A stretch of 64,000 nt of DNA, taken from NCBI GenBank assembly GCA_011109175.1, contig RDEW01000089.1:62753-126752 (forward strand), in the 5' to 3' direction. The stretch comes from Dicyema japonicum (taxonomy: Eukaryota > Animalia > Dicyemida). This document shows, in pieces, positions 9,760 to 21,845 of the stretch. The position numbers were made by a program, and so were the translations under genes. Position 1 is the first letter of the stretch. Each line of letters opens with the position of its first letter. Below the pieces are notes generated by a model. That model searched no databases. It was given only the letters and a program-made list of their open reading frames with translations, and was not told the origin of the DNA.

Positions 9760-11385
9760 ACATTTATTAACAATAACGGGGAAAGGCGGCTGCTGACATT
9801 ACGGAGTAAGCGTTTCCGCGGACAGCTGCAATCCCAATTTGTTGCTTCAGCCAGACCGCTTCCCGCACGTCTTTCTTACGATTGGCCAATTTCTTTTCGA
9901 TTTTCTTCAGGAGAGAGGCTATGATACTTCCAGCAGCACCAGACGTTTCGATTGCCACCGGTACAAGACGAAAACGATCTTTAATTTCAGCAGACTGCAC
10001 CGAGCAGATCACCGATTTCGAGAAGGAATCCACAACGATGCAGTCTCATACAAGCGATTTTTCTTCAGTAAACGGAAAGATTGTTAACCCATCCGGTCTT
10101 TTCCCGTCTCCGCGGTCCAACCCCACGGGTTCCAGCATTGCCGTGAAGCCTGCAGCTTCAAGAGCACGCATGACAATATTGTTCATAGCAGCGTGGCGGG
10201 GTGCTCTTCCCGCATTCCTTTTGCACGAAAGCGGATGCAGCCATTTTTCATCGACGATCCCTCCACAACGACATTGGTGTTCGCGCATAGATCAACTTCC
10301 AGGCGCTGTGCGATCCCAATTCGAGTACAGTCCTCGTCCACAAAGGTCCCCAGAGTGTAACAAGAGAGTGCATCCAGCCATGCTCCGCTCCCATGGTTGG
10401 CAGTGGACACGAAGCATGCAAGACGATGCTGGTTGGCCTCAGACTTTGGCACGTCGAAGATATTTTTGGAGTAAATCTCATCCTATTCTCGTTGCCTCGA
10501 AGGATCGTTCGCCGTATCCAAACCAGTTTCACATCATTCGCGAAGAGCTTCGTCGAAGACTTTTTTCCAAGAATGTCCGGTTGGAAAACGTAGGATATCT
10601 TGGACCAAATGGCTTCCGCTTGAGAGCGATGACAGATACGCTGGAAAGGCAATCTCTTAGCGCCGACCTGAGACTCGTACCTCCAATGCGTGTAGGAATC
10701 TTGCATTGATTCCTAATCGGCAAGTAAAAGTCGATGTTTAGAAGCAATTCAGCTGATTTTCTTAATGTCCTATCCAGTGACAGGAGGATGTCACGAAGTT
10801 TGAAGCAGGGAGAAGATCGGAGAGCGCATAGGAGTTTGGGCAAGTCGATGCTATTCTTAAAGAGGAAGAACGTTGTATGAGCATCGAGTAAGGATAGTTT
10901 CTCCGTAACTCTAGAGAGTTCATTCTCTTTTGTCAGCAGATGGCTCCGCAGTTTCTTTTCGTCAAGTGGACAACAAGAAAGTATGTCCGCTCTTTGGGTA
11001 CGACAGTAATTCCAGGTAATACCGAATTGAAAAACTCGACCACGTTGATTAAAATCACTCTCCGAGTATGTGATATTTATTAGCTCCGATTTCTTTAAAT
11101 TTATCTCAAATCGGAGGTTTCGTAGTGCCGGCACAGCATGTGACAGAACGTCATGAACTTTTCTCCACGGCCCTCAATCGTAGCGTCATCAAGATACCAG
11201 AGATTTAGTTCTGTGTTGATAGAGTGGACAATTTTATCGATGGCCAGAGGGAAGAGAGGTGGACCAAGTGGGTCCCCTTGTTGGACACTAATCTCCAAAC
11301 AGATAATCTTGTCCCGAAAACCAGTGAAGAATTGGTTGCCGCACCGCACTTCGCCTTCGGTCGTTTTGGCACAGCCTTTAAATTA
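9760..11385 (-). mobile_element. CRE-clade non-LTR retrotransposon (RT plus CCHC plus restriction-like endonuclease), 5'-truncated and frameshifted
   Basis: VQQGDPLGPPLF...LWYLDD; CRCG...HPLSC...RHAAMNN; KRPDG; VPVAIETSG; IGIAAVRGNA. Confidence 0.9.
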
Positions 11386-11394
11386 CCCAGTCAT

Positions 11395-11700
11395 TGTTTA
11401 TTTATTTATTAACCCCGGATACACCGAGAAAGAAGTAAAGTAAACAACTAATTAAATGTATCCTGTTTCCACTTCTACAGAAACAGTCCACACGGAATCA
11501 ACATAAAGGGTAAAAGACGTCCATACTTGCAGTTGTGGAAACCCCTCCAGTGGAGTGAGGGAGAGCAAATGATTTTTTCACCTAGACAGGTGGATCACAT
11601 GACGCCACTTTAATAGGAGAGGAGAGAGGAACAGACAAGCAAACAGAAAACTTCAACCAATTAGCCACGCAGCACCACATGGAGCCACGTGGCGTATTAT
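11395..11700 (-). mobile_element. Second copy of the SINE-like bipartite element
   Basis: Aligns along its length to the reverse complement of 6775-7095; (TAAA)n tail. Confidence 0.7.
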
Positions 11701-11870
11701 CATACTTTTTGAATTTCCCAATCATTGTTGGAGCACCATCAGTGCAGATACCCACACATGCATTCCAATCCAACTTCATATCCTCAAATATGAATTCACA
11801 AGATTGAAAATGTCACATCCTTTGTTGTTCGGAGAACCTGTTGCAGCAAAAAAAATATTCAACAATGGAA
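11700..11870 (-). mobile_element. hAT Buster transposase fragment
   Basis: KGCDIFNLVNSYFEDMKLDWNACVGICTDGAPTMIGK, a Buster-type catalytic-core block. Confidence 0.75.
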
Positions 11871-11984
11871 AGTGAATAATTGAGTGTCGGAAAACTGAAT
11901 GGCAGTTCAAAAGTAATTTTTCAAATCAAAATTAAAGTGTCCTCAACTTATGAGTAAGACAAGTTGTTTCTAACACTTAAAAAA

Positions 11985-12640
11985 TTTATTTTATTTATTA
12001 ATTCTGGGATTACCGAGAAAGAAAGACAAAGTAAAGTCAACTAGTTAAGTGACCCCAGTTTTCGCAACCAAACGTGCCATCCTAACCCTGTGCGTTTCCG
12101 TTGTTCCCACTGTCGAACGGAACTGCCTTCTTTAAACCTTGCAGAGGAAGCCGAATGGGGAAGAAAATTTCTTAGCCAACAGATTTTCTTTTGCGTGGAG
12201 CAGTGGGAAACTTAGTGGGTGTCCATCTCCCTCGAAAATGCAAAGAAATCCGGAACCATATCTAAGAGTTGTAGATTCCGTCAGCAGGGGAGGTATTTTT
12301 GTTTCACATCCTGGTCCCAGCATACGTATTGTTTTTTTGCAATAAGTTCAGTTTTTGGATAGTGGCTTCTGATAACGCAAATCTCCATGCAGCAGAGGTA
12401 TATTCAACAGCCGGTGCGTGCAAAAGGAGTGCAGGATTGCTTTAATCATATTCGCTGGGGTCTTCTGGATGAGGGCCCGTGTGACATTTAATTTCTGTAG
12501 TCCTTTGGTGAAGACTTGTTTGGCATAGTTAACGTTTGGATTATGGTCTTGTGGCACCCGATAAGGTGTCACCCATTCCGAGAAAAAACGAAAGAGCCAA
12601 TAACTTTTCCCCACTTTTTGGGAATTCCCATAAGCTATGT
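11985..12640 (-). mobile_element. APE-type LINE 3' fragment
   Basis: Frameshifted EYTSAAW..LSEATIQKLNLLQKKTIRMLG (RT thumb region); ends in a (TAAA)-rich tail. Confidence 0.65.
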
Positions 12641-12789
12641 GCCTCCGACTCCGTTTTGTGTTGTGGCGACATTGGAAAAAATTTTTAGCGCAAAAATTAC
12701 TAAATCTAAAACATATGAAAAAATAAATCTAGTATTTAAAAATATACAATTTAAAGGATCTTAGTTATAGAAAATGTGAGGAGTCTCGG

Positions 12790-12890
12790 TTGGAACATCG
12801 AGAAAAGATGGCCGATTATTGAGGATGTCGAGATCACCTGAATACTAGTTAGTGGTTAAGACGGTGTTTCTTTGGCTTAAATAATAATAA
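12790..12890 (+). mobile_element. LINE 3' end with (TAA)n tail
   Basis: Close match to the reverse complement of 40380-40490; the family C-terminus HREKM.RLL..AGIT* also appears at 18480-18527 and about 30380. Confidence 0.6.
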
Positions 12891-12959
12891 TCTTATTTAT
12901 CATATTATAAAGGAATCTCCCTTTTTTCATAAGGAATTTTGGTTCGATACAGAGCTCTT

Positions 12960-13260
12960 TTGTATGTGGTAAATGGTAAACAGCGTGACAGATGACTTTT
13001 TTGCTTTTGTGTCGAGCCTCCGCTTTGAGAGTTTTAGCTTGTCAAGCATTTTTTAAGCAGACTAAGTCGTTGATTGAATGCTTCTGTTTTGTAGGCAAGA
13101 ATGATATCATCGGCAGTTCTCATTACAGATGTGTGGCATGTCGTTTATGTAAAGGTTGAAGAGTTGGGGTGACAATGGGGAACCTTAAAGGACTCCAATA
13201 GAAGTAGCAAGATTTGATTTTGTTGTAGAGTAATTCGCTCGTCTTCCATGCGTATATCAA
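12960..13260 (-). mobile_element. LINE reverse transcriptase fragment
   Basis: GVL*GSPLSPQLFNLYINDMP...ADDI. Confidence 0.7.
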
Positions 13261-13739
13261 TTATTCATTATTTAAGGTCTTGATATACTGAAAATGCTGA
13301 AAATGAATAAAATTTTATTGAAAAAAATAGTTTTAATAATTTTTCAGGACTGTTAATTTATTGTAAATTCTGTTTCGAGCTTCTTTTATATTTTTAGTTT
13401 AATTGTGAATTGATTTTTGCAAAAAATAGTGAAATTTAGTTACCATCAGTGTCAATGTAGTAGTTTATTTCCAACCTTATCATCTTAAGCAATTAATTTC
13501 AAACGTTAAATCATTAGATACTGATAACCAGAAAAAGAAACAGTATTTTGACTGAATCTGATCATAAAAGTTGGTAATTCTATTTCAACAGAGAGACTGC
13601 AAAACACGCTATAAATTTTTTGTCATATATTAAAAATAACTTAAACCTAACGTCATCGAAGAGTTTTAAGTTATTAAAACAAAAATATTAAATAAAGAAA
13701 ATATCGTTAATATTAATGATTCGAAAGATATTTCTAAAA

Positions 13740-16088
13740 TCATACAAAAAATACATTATAAGATTCTTTAAACTTTATGGCATATTTTTGTAGATTTTTG
13801 ATATTAGAGAGTGAAGACAGAGTCTCAATTTTGCTGAAGACATTTTTAGGAATCATCATGGGGATAAATATTTGTGCTACTGAATCAACAAATATTACGC
13901 TTGTAGTAAACCATTTGAGAAAATTCCCAAATGGCCCAAAACCATAGTCTTTGGTCCAAATCCTCATTTAATAAGTTTACGAGTGAATCAATCGATCTTT
14001 TGTATAAACGATATCTAACCGATAATATCCGTCATAAAGTGAATATTCCATATTATCGATTGAACATAAAGCAATTGCATTAAGAATATTTTCAGACATG
14101 TTATTTAGCATCAAAAATATCGCAAATCTCAAGTCTTCAGTAAAGTCACTCATTATGTTTGATAGGCCATTGCAGATGGCAACATATATGTCCGGCCAAT
14201 GTTCGTAATAGACATAATTTCCTGTCAAAATCACACAAAACATACAATAAACAATTAATCAGTCCACTCTTCCTAACCAGAGGTCGAATTTTCCCGAATT
14301 TAGTTAGATTTTCAAAAACATTTAAAATTGGATATATAAAGTCGTCATTTGAACATTATCATTTTCTTGAAATTGACCAAAGAAGTCGATAATAAGATCA
14401 ATCCCTCCCAAATCAACCAACAAAGTTGCATTTTTTTCGTTTGCATCTAAAAAATAAGGTAACAATTCACCTACAAGAAACCACAAAATTCTCCACGACA
14501 TATTAAAAAGACACTCTTCTAGTTCTTTGTACTTTTCAAAATTATTCACAATTGACTAAAATCTAAATTAACCAATTACCTCGATGATTCCGTAAAATCC
14601 GAAATAAGACAAAACTTCTATACTTTGACTCTTCATTGTGGGGTACATGACATCATCATCCATATTTAATCCAATGAATGAGTAAACATCTTTCATGAAT
14701 GTTTTAGTAATAAACGAAAAAGAAAATAACTGAAATGAACGAGCAAAATACAAAATTTGATAACTCCCATGGTTTTATCCAGTCCATAACGGTGTATAAT
14801 AATTTTCTGAACTGAAACAAATAAAAAATGAAACTACCTTATTATGAGAACATATTCTTCTAAAATAACAAGGACAGCTTCATAAATAAGGCTAAGTTAA
14901 CATGAACTCAAACCATCGATAAGATTCAGATATGGGCACTCCACTCATGGGTTTTAAGCAACACCTATCAAATCAACGCACACGATTACATAATCTGTTG
15001 AATAAGCTTAGTATTTCGTGATGTTTTCAACAAGCGGCAGATAAACTTAAATATAATTTCAAATACCCTCAAAAATCGTTTATGAAGCGAAGGCCGAATT
15101 TCAGAGTCCCAATCATTAATATAAAGTAAAGTTGAACAAAGCAGCAAGTCCTTATGCTCAAAGTGAAAAATTGCATTAACCAAATTATCTACCAGTAAGT
15201 TTGATTCGATCTACAATTAATAATAAAATATTGACATTAGTTTTGAAAAATTGCGATATTTTTTGGAAGCAAAATTCGTTAATCTTTTTTGGACAGTTCT
15301 CTAAAAATCTAACAGTAAAATACGGATTTAATAATTCATAATCAATCGAGAATCCAGACAAATCCAAAAAATCTAAATTCTTTGCTAATTTTAACAACGG
15401 TCTACAATCACAGCTTAATTTATGCACATTTTTACTGTTTGTATACGAAAAATATCTTAATCTAACAAAATAGAAACTTTAGAGATCCGGGACTGGCAAG
15501 ACTATTGGAAAATTCTTCGAAATTGGATATCAGAACATTGTCAAAATTAATACTTTCGAGTTCTTTGATCAGTTTGACTGTGCAACAATAAATTTTAGTT
15601 GGAGTACTTCTTTCAAGAAGAGAATCTGATAAAAGTTCAAGTGACCTAATTTCGCTAAAGCCACTTTTAAGTAGCAAATGAAGTAAAACTGGGTCATCAT
15701 ATTCCAAAAGAGTGAAAGAATTGACATTATTTGGAGAATAATGCAAATAAGGCGAATTTTCAGAAGATGTTATTTTAGCTAACTTGATATTCGTTAAATT
15801 TGGTAGATTTAGGCACAAATTTGTTAAATCTTTAATGTCGATTTGATTAGTAGACAAATCAAGGCGGAAAATGTTAGAACATACTTCTGTGAGTTTACTT
15901 AGTGTTGAGAAATCATTGAACACTGATAACATCTTCATTGAATTGTGTTCTTTTAAATATTCAATTTCATAATGAATTCTTTTGCAGATCATCGTCTTCG
16001 ATTTTGTACTTAATCCACCATATTTATTCATATTAATGTTTTTTCGAAAGTCATTAATGCAAAGTGCATACAAAGAAGGAATTTGCAT
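13740..16088 (-). CDS. ZYG11/ZER1-family (Cul2 adaptor-like LRR plus ARM) gene, multi-exon; possibly disrupted
   Basis: N-terminal IPSLYALC plus LRR-like 208-aa ORF; removing 14447-14470 gives SWRILWFLVDANEKNATLLVDLGGIDLIIDFF, matching ZER1 SWSALWNITDETPDNCEMFLNFNGMKLFLDCL spacing as I recall it; removing 14965-14989 gives QIMCCLKPM; several junctions unresolved. Confidence 0.72.
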
Positions 16089-16217
16089 GTGCTTAAAAAT
16101 TACAGTTTTTATATTAAAAATAATAAAAATTACAGATTTTATATTAAAATAATAATTTTAAAAAATCCTAATTAAAAAAATTATCGAATTATTTTACATT
16201 AAATTCATCTTCTATAC

Positions 16218-17426
16218 CAGGGCTTGCAAATGGCGGCCTGTGAGAAATTACAAATTTTATAATACTAAAGGAAATTGGCTCGTCTACAAAAATAACCGCG
16301 GGCTAATTAATATTAATAATATTCTCACTTTCCGAGGAGTCATATCAGTTATCGCTCTCCACATGCAGAACTCACTTTATTTTAAGCAAAGAACAGTTAT
16401 AACATCTAATCGAGGGAGGATCAAGAAATACTCTTCACTTCTTTTTTTTGGGTGTATTTCCTTTTAGACTATCCGATTCCGCAGTAAATGTCCACAGATG
16501 ACGGCGTCACTCGTCAAGCCCTTTTTAGCATCGTAGATGCGTGGAACCTCTCACCAGGTGAACAGCAGCGAGAATCGAACCCGTGACCTAAGCCTAATTA
16601 GTTATTTTACTTATTATTAAAAATTAAATAAATTTATAAACGTGTTAATAAATTTTGTTTTCATTTAAAATGCCGAATGTCCGAAATGAATGAAAGATTT
16701 TCAAACTCGTACATTTAATGCAGATTTGAGTAATGACTATTTCTTTATTGAGGATAATAGAAAACCTATTCCTGATATGCTTCGATACAGTTGCTGTCCA
16801 AAAACTTTATAACATCAACCGAAATTATGAAATTCGGATGACGCATTTTGTGAATTTTCTCTCTACGAATCCTACCGATGTTCATGAATATGTAAACATA
16901 GTTATGGAATTAAGATTAGAATTTTCATCACGTTTCATGGATTTAAGAGTAAATTGTTTATATATTAATTTTTCAGGTTCATAAAAATCTTTTCAACACT
17001 TTTTTCAATCCCATATGTTGAATCTGAGACAGCACCAAATTTTACCAAATGAAATTACTTGAAATTCAATGCCACTACAATCAGAATATTTTTCTGGATT
17101 GGATATTTTGAGCTTCTACAAAAATTTTGTATGTGTCAAAAATAGCCACATCTAATCGAAAATGACTTTTATATTTGGAAGTATTTTTATGTGAACAATT
17201 ATTCTTTAAAATGAATAATGTAAAAAATTGTCTAAGAACGACAATGACTGATTCTCATATTAACGATATATTACTTTTAGCAACTAATTAGATGTCAACG
17301 TAGACGTTAATAGTTTATTAAAAAATAAATTCACTTTTTTGAAAAGTTAATAATTTTTCTAGTTTGTCCCAAATCTCATAAAGAATAAATTTTGGCCCGC
17401 GAAGCCAAAAATCCTGCGGACTTCTG
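16218..17426 (+). mobile_element. hAT SPIN/GTF2IRD2-like element, internally deleted, both ends present
   Basis: Starts cagggcttgcaaatggcggcc, ends ggcccgcg...cttctg; 8-bp TSD ttctatac / ttctatat with central TA; frameshifted DYFFIE..KP.CLICFDTVAVQKLYNINRNYE, LEFSSRFMDL and FGS-YLCEQLFFKMNNVK...MTDSHINDIL. Confidence 0.85.
16310..16593 (-). mobile_element. Possible tRNA-headed SINE inserted in the hAT element
   Basis: B-box-like ggtcacgggttcgattctcgc at its 5' end, AT tail, possible ctaatta TSD (16303-16309 / 16594-16600); no A box seen. Confidence 0.35.
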
Positions 17427-18332
17427 TTCTATATTATAAATTTGTAAGTTTGTTTCAAAACCTCAAACTGAATAATGTGCGCATGGTTTGCTCTTTAAGA
17501 TAAAAAAAAATGGTCTAATTTTCTATATCTCTATAGTGCAGCAAAACTGTCTCCAATTCAAATTATCTCTGAAGTTGAAGATATCTTCTATTAATATTTT
17601 TTTATTTCTTCAGTTTTTTATTCGTAGAAAACAGATCCTTAGCTGGAACGTAGGAAATCAAAAATGTACTGTATCTACTGAACCAACTCTTCTACGAAGT
17701 TCTTTTCTGCTATCCTAGCATTGGGATCACATACAGTTGGAGTACACGAATAGGGAAAGAAAGGGAGCAGAGAAGAGAAAATTTCGACTGTATTGTAATT
17801 AAGGGGATCGAATGGACAATTAAAACACGATGTTTAACATGCTAGGTAATTCGGGATTAGTGCTATGTCCGCCTTGTAGCTCATCCATAGGTCATGCAGT
17901 TCCAACACTTTACTTATGATCACTTTCAGTTTCATTATTATCAGGGACGAATAAGGTAAGGAGTTCTGTTTTAATGACCACAGAGCAGAGTCAAAGATCA
18001 TAAGAGAAAAGGAGCAACCCATGAATTTCACCCTGATTTCTCCCCTGACTAGACAATGTGGATTCGATTTCTTCCTACAGGTATACTACCCATATCATTA
18101 AAAGTCAGGAGATCCTCGTGAGCACCGCTGGTTATTTGAGTGAATCTCGCTCGCCATCCTTAAGAGGGATAGCCACGCAGTCAGAGAGGCCGTTATGTGA
18201 CTATTTGCTCACTTTTTTCCTTAATAAATTATTAACTATCCAAAAAAATCAACAAAATATATACTTTTTCAGCTCTATAATAAATGATAGTAAAATCTCA
18301 AACATAGCTTCTGTCAAATTGCGCTGGGAATA

Positions 18333-18590
18333 TTGAAACCTACTAAGGAAATCTTCCCGTGTGGAAATCCTGCCCAGGAACCTAGAAAATATGATATAGG
18401 CGACTGGAACAGTGCCCTGCTAAGTACTCGAGTATGCGGACTACGTCCAATTCGGAAATACGCAGGAACGCAGTCGGAACATCGAAAAAAGATGCGGAGA
18501 ATGTTAAGAGAGGCTGGGATCACCTAAACTTTGTTTACTTTAGATATGACTGTGGTTTTTTGGTTCAATAATAATAACTACACACAACTT
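18333..18590 (+). mobile_element. LINE 3' end
   Basis: EHRKKMRRMLREAGIT* then a (TAA)n tail; 3' UTR nearly repeated at 43490-43545. Confidence 0.55.
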
Positions 18591-18759
18591 CAGTATTGAT
18601 TACTGTAGTAAAAGAAACATAGGCAAATTTATTTATTAATTTAAAAATAAACCCACAAAAATTATGGCGATTAATCAACAAAAAGAGCAATCAAATTGAA
18701 TCGGATTTTTTAATCGAGAAACAGAGGAATTGGTAGGCCACCTTTCTGAAGATCGTAGA

Positions 18760-19740
18760 ATGTATGTTCGTTTTGTTTTTACAAGCGACCATGACCCAAT
18801 TGTGTTGAAACTGAAAATATCTATTTGTCTGCCAAGATATTCTACAAAGTTCAAGAACTATTCGAAGGCAAATTGGATTGGATTCAGCACGTATGTGGAT
18901 AATTGTCTATCGGGACTCGTTGTGGAAGACTTCCTAGACTTCCCTATTGACATGTTAACTTCAGTTAATCGAAAAGCAGACAGAATATTCATCCCAATAG
19001 CCTCTTACAGAACATTCAATCCGAAACTATCTTCGGCATCCTAAAAACATATCAAAAAACGGGATGCTTTGAAGAAAACCGGACTGGAATCAGATGGCTC
19101 TATATCGTTCATACGCTCTCCAAATCGCAGAATTTCCCAACTATTCCGTGATAAACACAGACATAAGTGGAGTCGGCTTGTTGGTCGACTATGTCACAAG
19201 AACTCGTGTGGAACCTTCTGGAAGACACTAGAGAGTATCAATAACCTCACAAAGGAAGATGACGGCGGAGTGGAAACCGTTACCATGCCCCGGAACATGC
19301 ACGGAAACTCGCTAATAACCTCATGAAATACTATGTGTCGATCAGCCAGAAGGATTTCTCTCGATCTCTGCATGTCAAACGAAATGGTCCACAACAGTCG
19401 ATATATACGACGATCTTCTACAGCTCTGTCTCCATGACTTGCGCCTTGTCAAAAGTGTTGGAGAAGCTTGTACTAATGTTAATTACCTCTGTTCTACAAT
19501 TTCCTGATTTTCAACATGGCTTCAGATAAGGCCGTTCTACAACGACTTATTTGGGATTTGTCTCTCAGTTCATCACAGACGGCTTCAACGTGAAGACGCA
19601 CTTACAGGCGGCTCTGGTGTATATTCAGTCACACGAAGGAGGTGTTAACCAAGGGTCTTCGAAAATGGAACGTCCTAAAAGCCATCGTAAAGAAGAGCCC
19701 TTTTACAAGAGACATTATCCTCAACCATTTCACTAACTAG
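18760..19740 (+). mobile_element. Jockey/I-like LINE remnant
   Basis: SDHDPIVLKL...YSKANWIGF and ALSKVLEKLV...FQHGFR*GRSTT. Confidence 0.7.
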
Positions 19741-19744
19741 CATT

Positions 19745-19848
19745 TTATTTTTTTATATTAGTAAAATACTGATCATCGTTAAAAACTATATAAGGGTTCC
19801 GTATAAAATGAAAAATGTCGATGGGTTCCGTGCTCTCAAAAACCACTG
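19745..19848 (+). mobile_element. Degenerate hAT 3' terminus
   Basis: Two gggttccgt motifs and terminal aaaaaccactg. Confidence 0.4.
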
Positions 19849-20171
19849 CTTTATAATATGAAGACTGCACGCTCACCCTCTCAAAGTTAAACTGTAACTC
19901 ATCATTTTTAATAAAAACAATAAAAATCTTTATTATAATTTTCCAGATTTTCTACTACTTTGAATTATTTTAGAACTTTCTGGGTTTACTTTTTTTGTTA
20001 GCCGTATATTTGGATGCGGAACTGCGAAATACTATGGGACCCTGTATCACCAAATCACCGAACTTATATACGCGGATTATTTGGACTTTGCATCCACCAA
20101 TAACTTGATTGAGTCGCTCTACGTACAGTAGAGATATCGCCCGCAAATAAAATCCAAAGATAAATCTCTAT

Positions 20172-20740
20172 ATACAGTCCGACCTCTAATTGGGGCACGT
20201 AACGCCCAAAATCTGAGGTTTCCCCAAAATATAGGTTTTCCATATAGCTCGATAAATAAACAAAAATTTATTAATCAATTATTTTCTTCCATATTTATAA
20301 TTATTCCTACCTCACGTTTCATTCTGACTTGATAAAAAATGAAGATAGCCTGAATAAATCAAAATATTTGTATCTATGTTTTCCATCAGACTTAAAGTTT
20401 TTGATGGTTCACAGTCTATATCCTCATAGAGATATGCATTATTATCTTTTTCAATTTCAAAACATTCATAGCAATTAGCTTATTAATATTTCTTCAGTTT
20501 ATTCATTTATGCAATTTTAGTGAGATAGAATTGTCGAAAATTTTTTCAGCAGTTAGAAATAGTTTCACAGATACATTACTCGATTATTTCAGCACCATCT
20601 GAGATTATTGTTACGACTTGCCGCAAAGTTAATTTGGATAGAATTCGATAAAAAATTGGTCGTCTTGAAAACATAAAAAATCGATTAGACAGTTTAAATG
20701 AAATTTTTATTGTTCCAGCATCCCAGGTTAAGTAATTTTT
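20172..20740 (-). mobile_element. pogo/Tigger transposase 3' remnant
   Basis: WDAGTIKISFK and LTLRQVVTII...ETISNC*K; TA-flanked cagtccgacctc terminus near 20175. Confidence 0.5.
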
Positions 20741-20989
20741 TGGCAAAAATAAAAAAATCGACCCACTTTATTTAACAAACAATAAAAAGTTAATATATTT
20801 AATAATCAACAACCTTCCTCGCCTGCCTGTTCGCCAGCCTCCTCAGGCAGGTTCGATTCTGGTTGCTGAAACAACTCCGAGAGCGCCTTGTCTAATTGAA
20901 CCCTCTGCCCATATGGCATCTCAAGGCTCTGCCTCCTATACTCCAGTGTCAGGCTCTCTAGGGTCCGCTTTAACACAGTGGACTGTAGA

Positions 20990-21650
20990 TAGCTTGGAGC
21001 TTCCTATCTACCCCAACTGCTTCAGATAACCTTGTGGTACTTTGTTGCAATTCCTTCCCACGTCATTACTATAGGAATAACGAGGACTTGCAACCAAACA
21101 TCTGCACCTTCTCGTTTGCAAGAAAGTCATACTTCTTTTTTTCTCCATATCCAAGTCTGCAAACGGTCTTGAGACGTGATGCCAACTTCTATGATAAGGA
21201 CTTGGCCAGACTCCTTATCGTGTACCACAATGTCCGGTTTATTGTGCTTGACTAGCACCGAGGTACGGATAACACTCTCTACCTTAATTTGTACCTGGTG
21301 TTCTCTACTACAGATTGCACCTTATGAGTCCGCAACTTTCTGGTGTGGCGAATACCATACTTATTTCATAGTAGTAGATGAAGACTCTTTACTACCTCGT
21401 TATGCTTCCACATGGATCCGCACGAGTGGCTAAATGATCAACCGACATGCTCCTTGACTTACAATGAGGACACGTATTTGTTGATCGAGGTGAGTTGTCA
21501 AATGAGTTGTCAAATATTGCGGTCTTGCATATACGTGTACAGCGCCTCCGATCGATGTGAGTTGTCACCGTATTTTAGCCATACTGTCGACGACTTAAGG
21601 TCGACATGTGGGTTGTTTAATGAAGAGGACCTTATGAAGGCTTTTTAAGT
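20990..21650 (-). mobile_element. R4/Dong-like non-LTR retrotransposon C-terminus (CCHC plus restriction-like endonuclease)
   Basis: WLKYGDNSHRSEALYTYMQDRNI...CPHCK...VDHLATR...HNEVVKSLHLLL*NKYGI...KHNKPDIVVHD...IIEVGITSQDRLQT..KYDFLANE...IPIVMTWEG. Confidence 0.85.
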
Positions 21651-21845
21651 TGATCTTTTCCATCGAGAGAGTTTTAACGCCACCGAATCGAAAGCAAGTT
21701 GCATGTTTTTTTTTAATCGATATCAATAAACGTTGCTATTTTGTGGCAGGCAGCGTTATCCAATAACATTAAGATTTTTTTTGAAAAATCATTATAATAA
21801 TTTTTTTGAATATCAAATATTTTGTCGAGTATTTAATCTAACAAC

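Noticed and set aside
9882-10709. 275-aa plus-strand ORF and other overlapping ORFs
   Set aside because: Antisense shadows of the GC-richer CRE coding sequence; the same applies to plus-strand ORFs over the RTE copies.
11377-11390. tttaaattacccag resembling nematode SL1 next to a CRE element
   Set aside because: Short AT-rich partial match with no splice donor, Sm site or repetition.
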